From: a candidate division WOR-3 bacterium
GTDB lineage: Bacteria; Hydrothermota; 32-111
Length of the DNA stretch: 64,000 nt
Reading direction: 5' to 3'
NCBI GenBank assembly: GCA_037481815.1
Contig: JBBFKX010000002.1
Span: 256,001-320,000 of the forward strand
The notes below the pieces were generated by a model that was given only the letters and a program-made list of their open reading frames with translations, was not told the DNA's origin and searched no databases. Shown piece by piece: positions 50,741-62,200 of the stretch. Numbering within the stretch: position 1 is the stretch's first letter; each line of letters opens with the position of its first letter. Both the position numbers and the translations under genes were made by a program.

Positions 50741-52468
50741 TTATTTTTTCTTTCTAAAACTTTTCAAGAATGATGCTTTGTTGTCAACTTCTTGAACATT
50801 TGAAAGTATCTCTTGCATAGATGCGGTTTGTTGTTCAATAGATGCTGCTATCTCCTCTGTGTTTGCTGAAGTTTTCTCCGAAAGTTCTGCAATATTTGAA
50901 ATTTTTTCTATATATTTGTTTATGAGTTCCATCTGTTCCTCTGAAGAATAGTATATCTCTTTAATCATATTGACCGTGAGAGTTATCGCTTTTGAAATCT
51001 GTTGAAATTCATTCTTTGTGTCATCCATCAATTTTTTTCCTTCCGAAACATTGTTGTGCTGATTTTTTATCAGTTCTGCAGTACTTTTGATATCATCTTT
51101 TATTTCATCTATAAGGCGGGAAATCCTTTCGGTTGAATTCGCAGATTGTTCAGCAAGTTCCCTTATCTCTTCAGCGACAACAGCGAAACCTTTTCCGTAT
51201 TCTCCAACCCTTGCTGCCTCAATAGCCGCATTCAAAGCGAGTAGGTCTGTCTGTTCTGAAATTTTTGTAATGATCTCAACTATCTCGTTGATCTGCTCTG
51301 ATCTGTTCTGTAAGAACTCTATTTTTTCAAGTGCTTTATTGACATTCAAAACTATAAAATCGAAATTTGTCATCGTTTTTTCAACTTTATCAAGACCAAG
51401 GGTTGTTGCATCGTTAGCCTTTTTTGACGCTGTCTGTGCCATATTTATTTTGGATGAAACACTTTCAGACAAAGTTTTTATCTTTAAAGCATCATTTTTT
51501 GCTATTTTTGTATTGTTGGATTGCTCTTCCATATCATGTGCTATCTCCTGAACCGTTGAGGAAATCTCTTGTGAAGATGCTGTTATCTCTTCTCCAGTTG
51601 CTGCAAGTTGACTTGTTATCGTTGAAAGTTCATCAGCAATATTCAGTAATGTTTGAATAAACTTTTCATACCTTTTTAAACTCTTGTTCAACTCCGATAC
51701 GAGATCACCTATTTCATCGTTCACATATATTGAAATATTTTCTCCGACCTCACCTTCTTCGGAAAACAATTTTTTTATTGACTCCTTTACATTTGTTATT
51801 GGGTGAACTATTGACATCAAAAAAATCCAGGAAAGAAGAAAACTTAGAACCAAAAGAATGCCATAAAGTATTATATTATGCTTGATCACGAAACTTATAA
51901 AAATTATGAATATTAAAAGGAAATTAACGGTGATAAAGAATCTTAAACCTATCGGGATCCTTTTTAGATATTTTTTTATCTTATCATAATCATCGGGCGA
52001 AAGCTTATATTCAGATAATTTTTTTGAAAAAACAAGTATCGAAAGTTGCATGTTTACAAGACCCATAAAAATTGCAATTAGAAATCCATCTATAAAACCA
52101 ATTATTACAGATTTTATAGGAGAGTTTGTAAAGAAAAGGATAATCGCAACTATCAATGTGCCTGAAAAGAAGTGCAAAAACATGTGTATCGATGAGGCAA
52201 ATGGAGAATTTATCATAAATATGTATTCTTTCAACTCCTTTTTTTCTATATCTCCATTATTTATTGTTAACCTGTATCTGATCCTCTGTACGATTTCATA
52301 TTCTATGGCAAGTATTAAACCTAAAATCCCGCCAAGGTATAGAATGATATTCCTTTGAACCTGAGTGAATTCAACCGATTGTGGAACCATTATTACGAGT
52401 AATGGAACACCTATAATTAATGCTGGGAGATTTGTTGAAAGGGTAAAAAAATTTAACAACTTTTTCAT
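50741..52468 (-). CDS. Methyl-accepting chemotaxis protein (multi-TM sensor, HAMP, MCP signal domain)
   Basis: [46 protein letters not shown] and about six N-terminal TMs. Confidence 0.92.
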   Translation of the reverse strand: MKKLLNFFTLSTNLPALIIGVPLLVIMVPQSVEFTQVQRNIILYLGGILGLILAIEYEIVQRIRYRLTINNGDIEKKELKEYIFMINSPFASSIHMFLHFFSGTLIVAIILFFTNSPIKSVIIGFIDGFLIAIFMGLVNMQLSILVFSKKLSEYKLSPDDYDKIKKYLKRIPIGLRFFITVNFLLIFIIFISFVIKHNIILYGILLVLSFLLSWIFLMSIVHPITNVKESIKKLFSEEGEVGENISIYVNDEIGDLVSELNKSLKRYEKFIQTLLNIADELSTITSQLAATGEEITASSQEISSTVQEIAHDMEEQSNNTKIAKNDALKIKTLSESVSSKINMAQTASKKANDATTLGLDKVEKTMTNFDFIVLNVNKALEKIEFLQNRSEQINEIVEIITKISEQTDLLALNAAIEAARVGEYGKGFAVVAEEIRELAEQSANSTERISRLIDEIKDDIKSTAELIKNQHNNVSEGKKLMDDTKNEFQQISKAITLTVNMIKEIYYSSEEQMELINKYIEKISNIAELSEKTSANTEEIAASIEQQTASMQEILSNVQEVDNKASFLKSFRKKK

Positions 52469-52480
52469 ATTTTATAATTT

Positions 52481-52508
52481 ATCTTAACATAATTTTTTTT
52501 CAAGTCAA
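52481..52508 (-). promoter_or_regulatory. Putative promoter for the MCP gene
   Basis: Minus strand reads TTGACT-16 nt-TAAGAT with a TGn extension, 12 nt upstream of ATG. Confidence 0.5.
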
Positions 52509-52513
52509 TATAT

Positions 52514-54535
52514 TCAAAACGATATAGAGGAGTTTAACGATACAGATCCATAATAAATATCACTCAACACATCCAGGTAAAAACATGGATAGAAACTCAA
52601 GTTTACAAATTTAAATTTCAACTTGAAATCTGGAGTAAACGACAAACACATCTTTTTTAACCCATCAAAATCTTTTTTCAAAAAGATTTGAATTAATAAA
52701 CCCAAAGAAAATTTGTCCGCAGAACCTATATATCCCAAATATAAACCATACTTTTCATCAATGATTCTCTCGATTTCTTCTTCGGTTATCAGCGCTCTAA
52801 AACTCATGGATGTTCTGAAAATGCTTTTATAAATTGAAGAAAATAAGAAATCAAACTCTGTGGATAGATTTTTCTTCTTTTCAGAAAATTTGTAATTCGT
52901 TTGAGTTATAAAAAATTTTCCTGAAAGATCAAGTAGATTCAGTTTTGTAGCATAATATGTTCCTGTTCCTGTTTTGAAAATATGATTTTTATCGTTTTCA
53001 AAATCTCCACTTGAAAAAATATTGTTTGTGATGGAGAAAAATAGGTGTGGAAGATTTTTATTTGAATAAATAAAGTTCAAATTTGTGAAAATATCATTAT
53101 GCTCGGAGTCAAGAAAAAAGATTTTATTCTGATCATCATCTTTAACAACAAGATCTCCTGCTAAAACAAGATCTTTTGTTATGAAAATCTGATTTTTTAA
53201 TAAAAATCTGGTGTAATTGTTATAAAAAAAATAATGGTCATAATGTGAAATTTTTGTTATATAAATTAGAGCATAATATTTTTTTAGATCTATTTCACTT
53301 CCAAATTTTTGGGAAAAGTTTTCAAAATTTCTAAAGTTAGATAAAGAGTCATCACTCAATATAACATATGGAGATGAAATGTTGTAGAACAGTTTCACCT
53401 TTTTACTATACAGATGAAAATTGTTGTTCAATTTGAAGTTTATATAGAACAAAGAATCCTTCAACAGCACATTTTCAAGGTTAAAACCATAGAGGTTTAA
53501 CCTTCTATCAAAAGTAAAACTTGAAAAAAACTTTTCAGTATATGTAAGCTTTCCAGTGATATTTGAAATGGAGATCAAAGAATCTCTGTAGTAAAAGGAA
53601 AATCCTTTTAAAGGAATATGACCATAATTTGAAAAACTATCATAATAATAAAGATCCAACAAATTCAAAGTAACTTTTTTGAAATTTAGACGAAAACCCA
53701 TTTTATTTTCGCTCCAGAAATTTTCTCCAGAATAAACATTGTTATATATGCTAAAGTTGTATGAAAAGTTACTAACGTTTCCATAAAAATAAATAGAGTA
53801 TGAGTTGAAGAAATTGTTCAAAATGTTTGGTTCATATCGAAAGTTATACGACATTTCTCCATTAAAAAGGTTTTTAAAAAAATCTTTATTTGAAATATTA
53901 AAATAATAAGTTTTGACCAGTTTTTCTTCTTTTGCAAGATCTATCCTGTATCTTGATGGCTTTAAAAGCTTTTCAGGTGCATAGGTTAGTATCTTTTCCC
54001 CAATTAAACATTTCTCTGTTATGTTTTCACCATCCATTACTATTTTTACATCTTTTGTTCCATCAGGTATATAAACTGAAAATATGAAATTATCAGGGTC
54101 AATTTTTTTCCCGCTTTCAGGTAATAATAAAATGATTTCACTTTTTAATTTTTTTTCTTTAACAAACTTTACAATATTTTTAGTTCTTTCCTGGATCAAC
54201 TCAGGTAAATATTCTAACTTGTTATCTTTAGTTAAAATCTCAAAATAGTAATAGAAATCTTTTTGTGGCAAAGAATCAAAAGGTATTGAAACAAAAGTTC
54301 TGTTACCATCAAATTGCATTCTAAACCTTTTTTCGACATTAAAATCTGAAAGAACAATATATAGTTCTCTAATTCTATAAGGATCCTCTTTAAAAATTAA
54401 AAAAATTGTAAAATTTTCTCCATCATAAAGTTCATCTATTTTTGAGTAATCTGCCATGATCCCGGGGAAAACTTTTAAATATAACATTAAAAAGATAACC
54501 AGGTAAAAAAATTTCTTAGTTTTCGATGTAAACAT
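52514..54535 (-). CDS. Hypothetical exported protein, probably Ig-like domains plus an outer-membrane beta-barrel
   Basis: N-terminal hydrophobic segment, YYYFEI and I.MDGENIT Ig-like motifs, aromatic amphipathic strands and terminal SISF. Confidence 0.55.
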   Translation of the reverse strand: MFTSKTKKFFYLVIFLMLYLKVFPGIMADYSKIDELYDGENFTIFLIFKEDPYRIRELYIVLSDFNVEKRFRMQFDGNRTFVSIPFDSLPQKDFYYYFEILTKDNKLEYLPELIQERTKNIVKFVKEKKLKSEIILLLPESGKKIDPDNFIFSVYIPDGTKDVKIVMDGENITEKCLIGEKILTYAPEKLLKPSRYRIDLAKEEKLVKTYYFNISNKDFFKNLFNGEMSYNFRYEPNILNNFFNSYSIYFYGNVSNFSYNFSIYNNVYSGENFWSENKMGFRLNFKKVTLNLLDLYYYDSFSNYGHIPLKGFSFYYRDSLISISNITGKLTYTEKFFSSFTFDRRLNLYGFNLENVLLKDSLFYINFKLNNNFHLYSKKVKLFYNISSPYVILSDDSLSNFRNFENFSQKFGSEIDLKKYYALIYITKISHYDHYFFYNNYTRFLLKNQIFITKDLVLAGDLVVKDDDQNKIFFLDSEHNDIFTNLNFIYSNKNLPHLFFSITNNIFSSGDFENDKNHIFKTGTGTYYATKLNLLDLSGKFFITQTNYKFSEKKKNLSTEFDFLFSSIYKSIFRTSMSFRALITEEEIERIIDEKYGLYLGYIGSADKFSLGLLIQIFLKKDFDGLKKMCLSFTPDFKLKFKFVNLSFYPCFYLDVLSDIYYGSVSLNSSISF

Positions 54536-55160
54536 AAATTGTGTCATTTTTGTAGTTTTCAAACTCTATCTCAATAATATTTTTATCATTAAAGGTTTGA
54601 GGTTTATAAACTTCCTTTTTTGATTCGACTTTATATGGATTCTCGTTCTTTCTTATTATAATCTGTTCGTTTTTCAATCCATTTATTTTACCATACTCAT
54701 TTTCAACTTCAAAATCTTTACAATAAAGAATTGAAATTTTTGCAATCGAATCTGTTAGATCAACAAAAAAAGATGAACTATCTGAAAAGATAAATGTATC
54801 AAAAATTTTTAACTGAACATTTTCTTGATAGGTTTTGAAAAAAAAGTTTCCATAGTTAAGGTTCAACCTAAAAATAGATCGGTCAGATAATTCAAAAATG
54901 TTTGTTGAAAATTCACTTTCCCCGAAGATGGAGATTTCGCTCTTTCCATCAATTAAAACAAAATCTAATAAAGAAAATTTATCAAGAAAAATATTGAAAC
55001 TATCCTTGATTATATCTCCTTTTTTTAATGGTTCTTTTTCTTCCTTCTCCATCTGAAAAACATATCCTTTTGAACTTTTAACAACCCCTATTTCTTTTGA
55101 AAATAGAAAAAAAACTAATAATGTTAGGATAAAAAAAACTATTATTTTTTTGTTTTCCAT
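54516..55160 (-). CDS. FecR-like domain exported protein
   Basis: Signal/TM, IGVVKSSKG.V, LKKGDII, F...DGKSEISIFGES, LNYGNFF, VENEYG. Confidence 0.6.
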   Translation of the reverse strand: MENKKIIVFFILTLLVFFLFSKEIGVVKSSKGYVFQMEKEEKEPLKKGDIIKDSFNIFLDKFSLLDFVLIDGKSEISIFGESEFSTNIFELSDRSIFRLNLNYGNFFFKTYQENVQLKIFDTFIFSDSSSFFVDLTDSIAKISILYCKDFEVENEYGKINGLKNEQIIIRKNENPYKVESKKEVYKPQTFNDKNIIEIEFENYKNDTIYVYIEN

Positions 55161-55684
55161 CTTATGTTTTTTAGATCGTATAGATTTAATTCTTTTAAAT
55201 CAACTTCGACTCCATTCACCCATACTCTTCCGGTTGGATAAAATCCTGCGATCCCAAAAATTTTAAAAATTAGAGAAAGATATTCATCTTTACTCTGATT
55301 TACTTCGTAGAAGATATTATCATGACCAGTGTTGAAAAAAAGAATATTGCTTCTTTCTATAACTCCATTCTCATAACTTTCAAGATACCATGCGAAAGAT
55401 TTTTTGGTTGATAGATAGAAAAAAGTATCAAGAACAATGTAATTTTTATCCGATACATCAATCTTTAAAAATGGTTTTGAATATATTAAAACATCTTTTC
55501 CAATATCATTAAAATCTGTTATATCTTTTATTATAAGAGAACACAAAGAAGATGAATTAAAAATAAAAAAATGGTTAAATGGTTCACTTTTCTCTTCCGA
55601 TCCAGGATAGAAAATAGTCAAATCAGCATAAATAAAGTTCGCTAAAACAAAAAAAATAAATAAAGAAATTTTTTTTCTACTCAT
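55142..55684 (-). CDS. Hypothetical exported protein
   Basis: Signal peptide; overlaps both neighbouring genes. Confidence 0.55.
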   Translation of the reverse strand: MSRKKISLFIFFVLANFIYADLTIFYPGSEEKSEPFNHFFIFNSSSLCSLIIKDITDFNDIGKDVLIYSKPFLKIDVSDKNYIVLDTFFYLSTKKSFAWYLESYENGVIERSNILFFNTGHDNIFYEVNQSKDEYLSLIFKIFGIAGFYPTGRVWVNGVEVDLKELNLYDLKNIRWKTKK

Positions 55685-56216
55685 TTAGCAGGGACATAAA
55701 TATTAGATCAACATATTTCCCATCTTTGAACGAATGTTTCTTAAAAACTCCTTCCCTTTTAAATCCCAATTTTTTATACATTTTTATAGCATTTTTATTA
55801 AACTCATAAACCTCAAGAGAGATCTTATGGAGTTGCAGATTTTTAAAACCATAATCAACAAGTAGTTTTGTAGACTCGGTCCCATATCCTTTATTTTGAA
55901 AATCTTTATCAATGGCGATTGCAAGCATAGCTCTCCTGTTAGGCCAGTTGAAATCGGATAAACTTATCAATCCCACAGTATCAAAATTTTCTTTTTCAAC
56001 AATTTTTAAAAATAAACCTTTTTTTTCTTTGTTTAAAGAAATTATCTCTTTTAACATGATTCTGTTTCTTGGGAACCTTTCGGCAAGGTTTTTTCTCACA
56101 TCAGGATCGTTTAAAATTTTTTGAATGGTAAAAAGGTCATCCTCTTCGATCGGAGAGAGTATGACCTTTCTACCTTCTAAAAAGATTACTGGCTGTTCTT
56201 TTTTATTTTTTTTCAT
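55677..56216 (-). CDS. GNAT family N-acetyltransferase (RimJ/RimL/SpeG-like)
   Basis: FQNKGYGT, LQLHKISLEV, N.NAIKMYKKLGF.REG. Confidence 0.92.
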   Translation of the reverse strand: MKKNKKEQPVIFLEGRKVILSPIEEDDLFTIQKILNDPDVRKNLAERFPRNRIMLKEIISLNKEKKGLFLKIVEKENFDTVGLISLSDFNWPNRRAMLAIAIDKDFQNKGYGTESTKLLVDYGFKNLQLHKISLEVYEFNKNAIKMYKKLGFKREGVFKKHSFKDGKYVDLIFMSLLNE

Positions 56217-56217
56217 G

Positions 56218-59200
56218 TTATCTCAAATTCAAGATTTTAATGTTTTTTTCATAAACAATTTTTCCATTTTTGTTTGATAAAACCTTTATGAAATATATTC
56301 CCTGACTTGTGATATAATTTTCAAGTTCAAACCTGTGGACTCCAGAGTTGATTTTTCCATCATAAACTTTTCCAACACTTCTTCCAGAAAGGTCAAAAAT
56401 TTCCACTCTCGTATAACAATCCTCAGGAATCTCCATAAATAGAATTTTCTCATTTATACTGTTGTTCATCTTCAAGTTGAAATATTTTATGTTCTTATTT
56501 TTTAACACGGACATATTATCTATATTCGAATATGAAACTATAGAGAATAGATCGGAGTAGTAATAGATTGAACTGTTGGAACTTGATGTCAGTTTCAACA
56601 TACAACTATCAGAGTACATACCTGATGGAACGGTCCATTCATAGTTTCCGCTATTGTTCTGGTTTGCAATAATCTGGATCCAAGAAACACCTTTATCATA
56701 AGAGATCTCAAGATTGTACTGTAAAATAGTTCCAAGTGTTGTCCATGTAAAATAGTATTTTTTTGTTGTTTCAAATACATTTCCCAGAACAGGAGAAGTA
56801 AATTTTACGATAGGTTTTGAAATAACAAAAGTATCAGATATTCCATAAATCGTTGATTGAGAGGAATTGGAAATTTTTATTAAAGCCATGTCGGACACAG
56901 CTATATCTGGTATTGTCCATTCATAATAACCTGTATTTGAAACACCCGATGCTATCGACCTCCATTGCAAACCAAGATCAGTTGAATAGAAGATATCACA
57001 GTTTGTAAATGCACCTGAGTTTCTCCATGTAATATAATATTTTCTTCCTGCAATCATTGTATCAGAAGAACTTGGAGATGTTACCATTATATTTTGTGGT
57101 AAAATTGTAAACCTTTCTGATACACCATAAACATTGTTGTTACTACTATTCAAAACTTTTATCAAACAGTTATCCGAATCCTCTGTTGGAACAGTCCATT
57201 CGTAATAACCATTGTTTGCAACACCTGTCGCCACATATATCCAGGTTGCTCCATTATCCTTTGAATATTGTATATCAACATTTGATATTGTTCCAGTATA
57301 TTTCCAGGTAATAAAATATTTGTTTCCCGAAACATAATCATCCGTTGATTTTGGAGAGAGAACCTCGATCGTTTGTAAAGGTATAGCGAATTTAGAACTT
57401 GTTCCGTACACACTTGTATTATCATAGTTGGATACTTTTACAAAGCAGTTTTCAGAAGGTGTATTCGGAATCGTCCATTCATAAGAGTTTGTATTTGAAA
57501 GGTTGTCTACCACCATGTTCCAGCTGGCACCATCATTGTATGAATATTCAATTCTGACTTTCGATACAGTTCCAATATTTGTCCACGTTACAAAATATTT
57601 TCTTCCAACAATCCATCTATCAGTAGAGATTGGAGAGTTTACAAGAACAAGTTGGGGAACAATCGAGAACACTTCACTGTCATCATATATCGATTCGTTG
57701 TTCGAATTTGTTACCCTTATAAGAACAAGGTTCGAATTAACATCTGGGACAGTCCATTCATAGTAGCCGTTATTTGTTAAATTGGAAGCAAGAGAAATCC
57801 AGTTTGCACCATTATCTAAAGAATAATAGAGGTTAACAGTGGATACAGTACCAAATGTTTTCCATGTTATTATATATTTTCTACTTACAAAGAATTGTGA
57901 ATTTAAAGTCGGATATGTTATTTCAAGTTTTTGAGGTATAATTCTGAAATTATCAGAAAGATCAAAAACATTAAGGTTTCCAACGTTTCTGATTCTTATC
58001 AAACCATTTGAAGTTGAAGATAAAGTTGTTGGTAAAGTCCACTCATAATATTTGTTGTTAACTGTTGAACCTGTTATCGTGTTCCAGATCGATCCACCAT
58101 CGAGTGAGTACTCAAGCATAACATTATCAACTGTTCCAGTGTTGTACCATGTTATAGGATAAGTTTTTGATACCATTAAGGAGTCGTTCAACGATGGAGA
58201 AAAGAGAACTATGGTTTGAGGTATTATAGAAAACCTTTCAGAAACATCATACACATTTTCCAGAGATGAATAACTGACTTTAACAAAACAACTATCAGAA
58301 ATATAATTGGGAACAGTCCATTCATAATATCCAGAATTGGTATAAGATGAAACTATCGAATTCCAGCTTGCTCCATTATCTGTAGAATAATAAATGTTTA
58401 CTTTATCGATAAGACCATCATTTTTCCATGTGATGAATATTTTACTTCCAACGATAAACGATGAATTTGGTTTAAACGATGTTATGTTTATCACTGGATA
58501 TACTGTTACAAATTGATTGGAAACATCCTGAACAAGAACATTCGCTTTGTTTTTCAACCTGATAAGGGTCTGCAAAGAATTTGAAATCGGGAAAGGATTA
58601 AACAGATAATTTTGATTCGAAGCAACAATTGAATTTGCAAATGTGGTCCAGTTTGAACCGTTATCAAGAGAGTATTCACCAACAAGTGTATCAATGCCAC
58701 CTGTATAATCCCATGTAAGATAGAAAGGTGAAAGTGATAAAATTGTATCATTTATATTCGGATATGTTATGTTTATCGATTGTTCCTTCATCACAAACTG
58801 GTTAGAATACCCTTCAATAACCGGTGACTCATAACCTGTTACTTTAATAAGACAGTTCGTTGCTCCAACCTCAGGAACCTTCCACTTAAAATATTTTTGA
58901 GTAGCACTAATGGTATCTATTATTGTATAGGTTGTTCCTCCATTCTTAGAATAAGAAATAACAACACTATCACCACTACCCATATTTGAATACCATGTTA
59001 TATAATAGTTTTTACCACAGAGTAAAGTATCCGATAACTTTGGTGAAACAACAGTTACCGATGGGTACTTCATTGTGAAAATAGGAGAAACTCCAAAAAC
59101 AGAAGTATTTGAACTGTTCTTTACCCTTACAAGAGAATTTGAAGAAGAAATGTTCGGTAGAGTCCAGAGATAATATTTTGAGTTCGTTGTTGTAGTGATC

Positions 59201-62200
59201 GTCTGCCATGTGGATCCACCATTTGTTGAATACTCAAGATCAACATTCGAAAAACTGCCAGTATAGTTCCATGTTATGTAATATTTTCTACCAGCAACCC
59301 ATTCTGAACCTGAAATAGGTGAAGTAACATTTATTGTTTGAGGAATTATTGAAAATCTTTCACTTGTTGCTGTTGATGATGTTAACCTTAAACAGGTTAT
59401 CCTTATATAACAATTTGAACTTATAACATTTGGAACAGTCCATTCAAGATATTGTGTTGAAGATGGAATCGTATCGATCTGTGTCCATATTGTTCCACCA
59501 TCAGTTGAGTATGAAACTATAACCGAATCGTTTGATGAACCCAAAAAATCAAAAGTAATCAGTGCCTTTTCTCCTACTATGTATTCATCATTCAATTTCG
59601 GTGAAGTTATCGTTATGATTTTATCAGAAATTGTAAATAATTCAGAGACTCCAAGAATTGAGGTATTATCTTTGTTAACTATTCGTATAAGAGTTGAATC
59701 ACTCTTTACATTTGGAGTTGTCCAGAGATAATATCTGTTAGATGATAAAGTTTTTCCAAGAGTGTTCCATGTTGTTCCATTATTTGTAGAATATTCCACT
59801 ATTGATGAATCATAAAGTCCTTTGTAAGTCCATGTAATATTGTACTGTTTCCCGGAAATTAAACTTTCAGTTGAGAAAGGATATTTAACCGTTATCTCCT
59901 GTGGGATTATTTTGAACAGAGATGAAAGATCATATTTTGTTGTATCATCAACATTTGCAACTTTTATTAAAACTGAATCCGAATAATTTTGAGGTAATGT
60001 CCAGAGATAACTCTGAGAGTTTGTCGTTGAATTTGTTATCACATTCCAGTTCTTACCATTGTCAAGAGAGTATGTTATCTTAACATTTGAAAAGTTACCT
60101 GTATAGTCCCATGTGATATAATATTTGTTTCCGGCATACCATACGGTTGAAATATCAGGATATGTGACCAAGATGTTCTGAGGAATTATAGTAAATGTAT
60201 CCGATACATCAAATACATTGCTGTTCCTTGTGAATTCTACTTTTACAAGTGCTTTATCGGAAGAATAATTTGGAACTGTCCATTTGTAGGAATTGGAATT
60301 TCCCTGTTTGGTAACAAAAGTCCAGTTCGAACCACCGTCTATCGAATAGTAGATGTTTACAGAATCAACTCCACCAAGGTTATACCAACTTATATGATAG
60401 TCTCTTCCTGCTATAAAGGTATCATTTGTTAAAGGCGAGGTAATAAAAATTTCTTGCGGTTTTATTACAAAACTCTGCGAATATGCAGTTACCTGATTAT
60501 CTCCATATTCTTCTATCCTTATTAAAGCATTTGATGTTGGTTCATTTGGAATTGTCCATAGATATGAACCTGTATCAGGAACCTGACTTTTTACTTCCTT
60601 CCAAGTTATTCCATCTGTATTATAATAGATTTGAACTGAACCGGGTTGACCTTTTATCGTTCTCCAAATTATATTATGTGCTCTTCCAACATAAAGTGTA
60701 TCAGTATTATCAGGGTATACAACTTCAAGAATAGATTTTTTTACTACAAGATTATTCTTCTCTAAAGTCTTTCTTAATGAATCTGATGAATCATAAAACT
60801 CCAACTTTATATTAAAATTGTTTGAAGAAGCATTATGAGGTATTTTGAACAGTAAATAATTTTGATTTGATATTCTTTCTCCATATTGTAAATAGTTAAC
60901 ACCATCTGTAGAATAAAGAAGTTCAACAGAATAATTTGAATATATTGAATCCATGTTCCAGACAATATAATAAAATTCATCAACATACATCGTATCATTT
61001 TGATTTGGGAAAATAATTTTATCAATTGTACTATAGGGTAAAACTGTAATTTTATCAGAAATATCAAAAGTATCACCTGTTGTTTTATCTAAAACCAATA
61101 TTTCTATCGTATCTGATAAGGAATCCGTAAAAGTATCTTTAAAGAAGAAAACATCGTTAATTAAAAAACTTCCAAGATTGATAATTCCTTTTTTATTTGA
61201 ATTGATTTGAATTATAATTGAATCATTCAAAAATCCTCTATTAGATAAATAGATTGGGAAATAGTTATTATAATAAATAGTATCACTACTATCCGGTTGA
61301 TCAATGTTTAAAACAGGATAATTTGCTGAAAAATTGTTATCAGATTCATCATAGGCATAGTTATCTTTATTTGACATAACTTTGAACTTATACGTATTGA
61401 AAGGATAAGATGGCATCCTCCATAGATATGATCCTGTGTTTTTCACCGTTGTCAGAGAGTTATAGTTTATTCCACCATCAAATGAATAGAATAAAGAAAC
61501 TGAATCAGGACCTCCGATCCAGTCCCAATTAATTTCAAGTTTTTCACCACGATAGAATGATTCTCCACCATTCGGTTGAACGATATCATATATTGGTCTT
61601 ACTATCGAAAAAACCTTTGAAAGAGAATATACAGAATCATTCGCGGTACTTGTAACTTTTATCCAACAACTATCACTTACATAATTTGGAACTGTAAAAA
61701 TAAAACTTCCAGTATTCATGGTTGCTGTTGAGATGAATGTACTTTGAACAATTCCTGAAACTTTATAATACAATTCTATGATCACACTATCAACAGTTCC
61801 AGTCCAGTTCCAGTAAATTGGATATTTGTTCCCAACGATCAACACTGCTGCTGAATCGGGATTGAATATTGAAACTGTAGGTTTTAAGATTGAGAATTTG
61901 TTATCACTTATGTCATAGGAAAGATTATCAGAGGTATTCGTTATTCTAACTATACAGTTGTTTGAAACATCGTTTGGAACTTTCCAGATATAATTTCCAT
62001 CATTTGTTTCTGAAGATGAAATCGTTTTCCAGATTGTTCCTCCATCGGTTGAATACTCTATTTTAACATTTGAAAATTGTCCATCATTTTCCCAGTGAAT
62101 TGGAGTATATTCTCCAACAGTAAGATTTTCAAAGCCATTTGGAGTCAACACTTTTATTGTCGGTCTTTTTATAGAGATCAAACCATCCGATACATCCTTT

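Noticed and set aside
49458..51660. Long antisense ORFs opposite rho and the MCP gene (also opposite ftsA, ftsZ and pyrB)
   Set aside because: They are shadow frames of well-supported genes, Ser/Ile/Phe-rich and without motifs.
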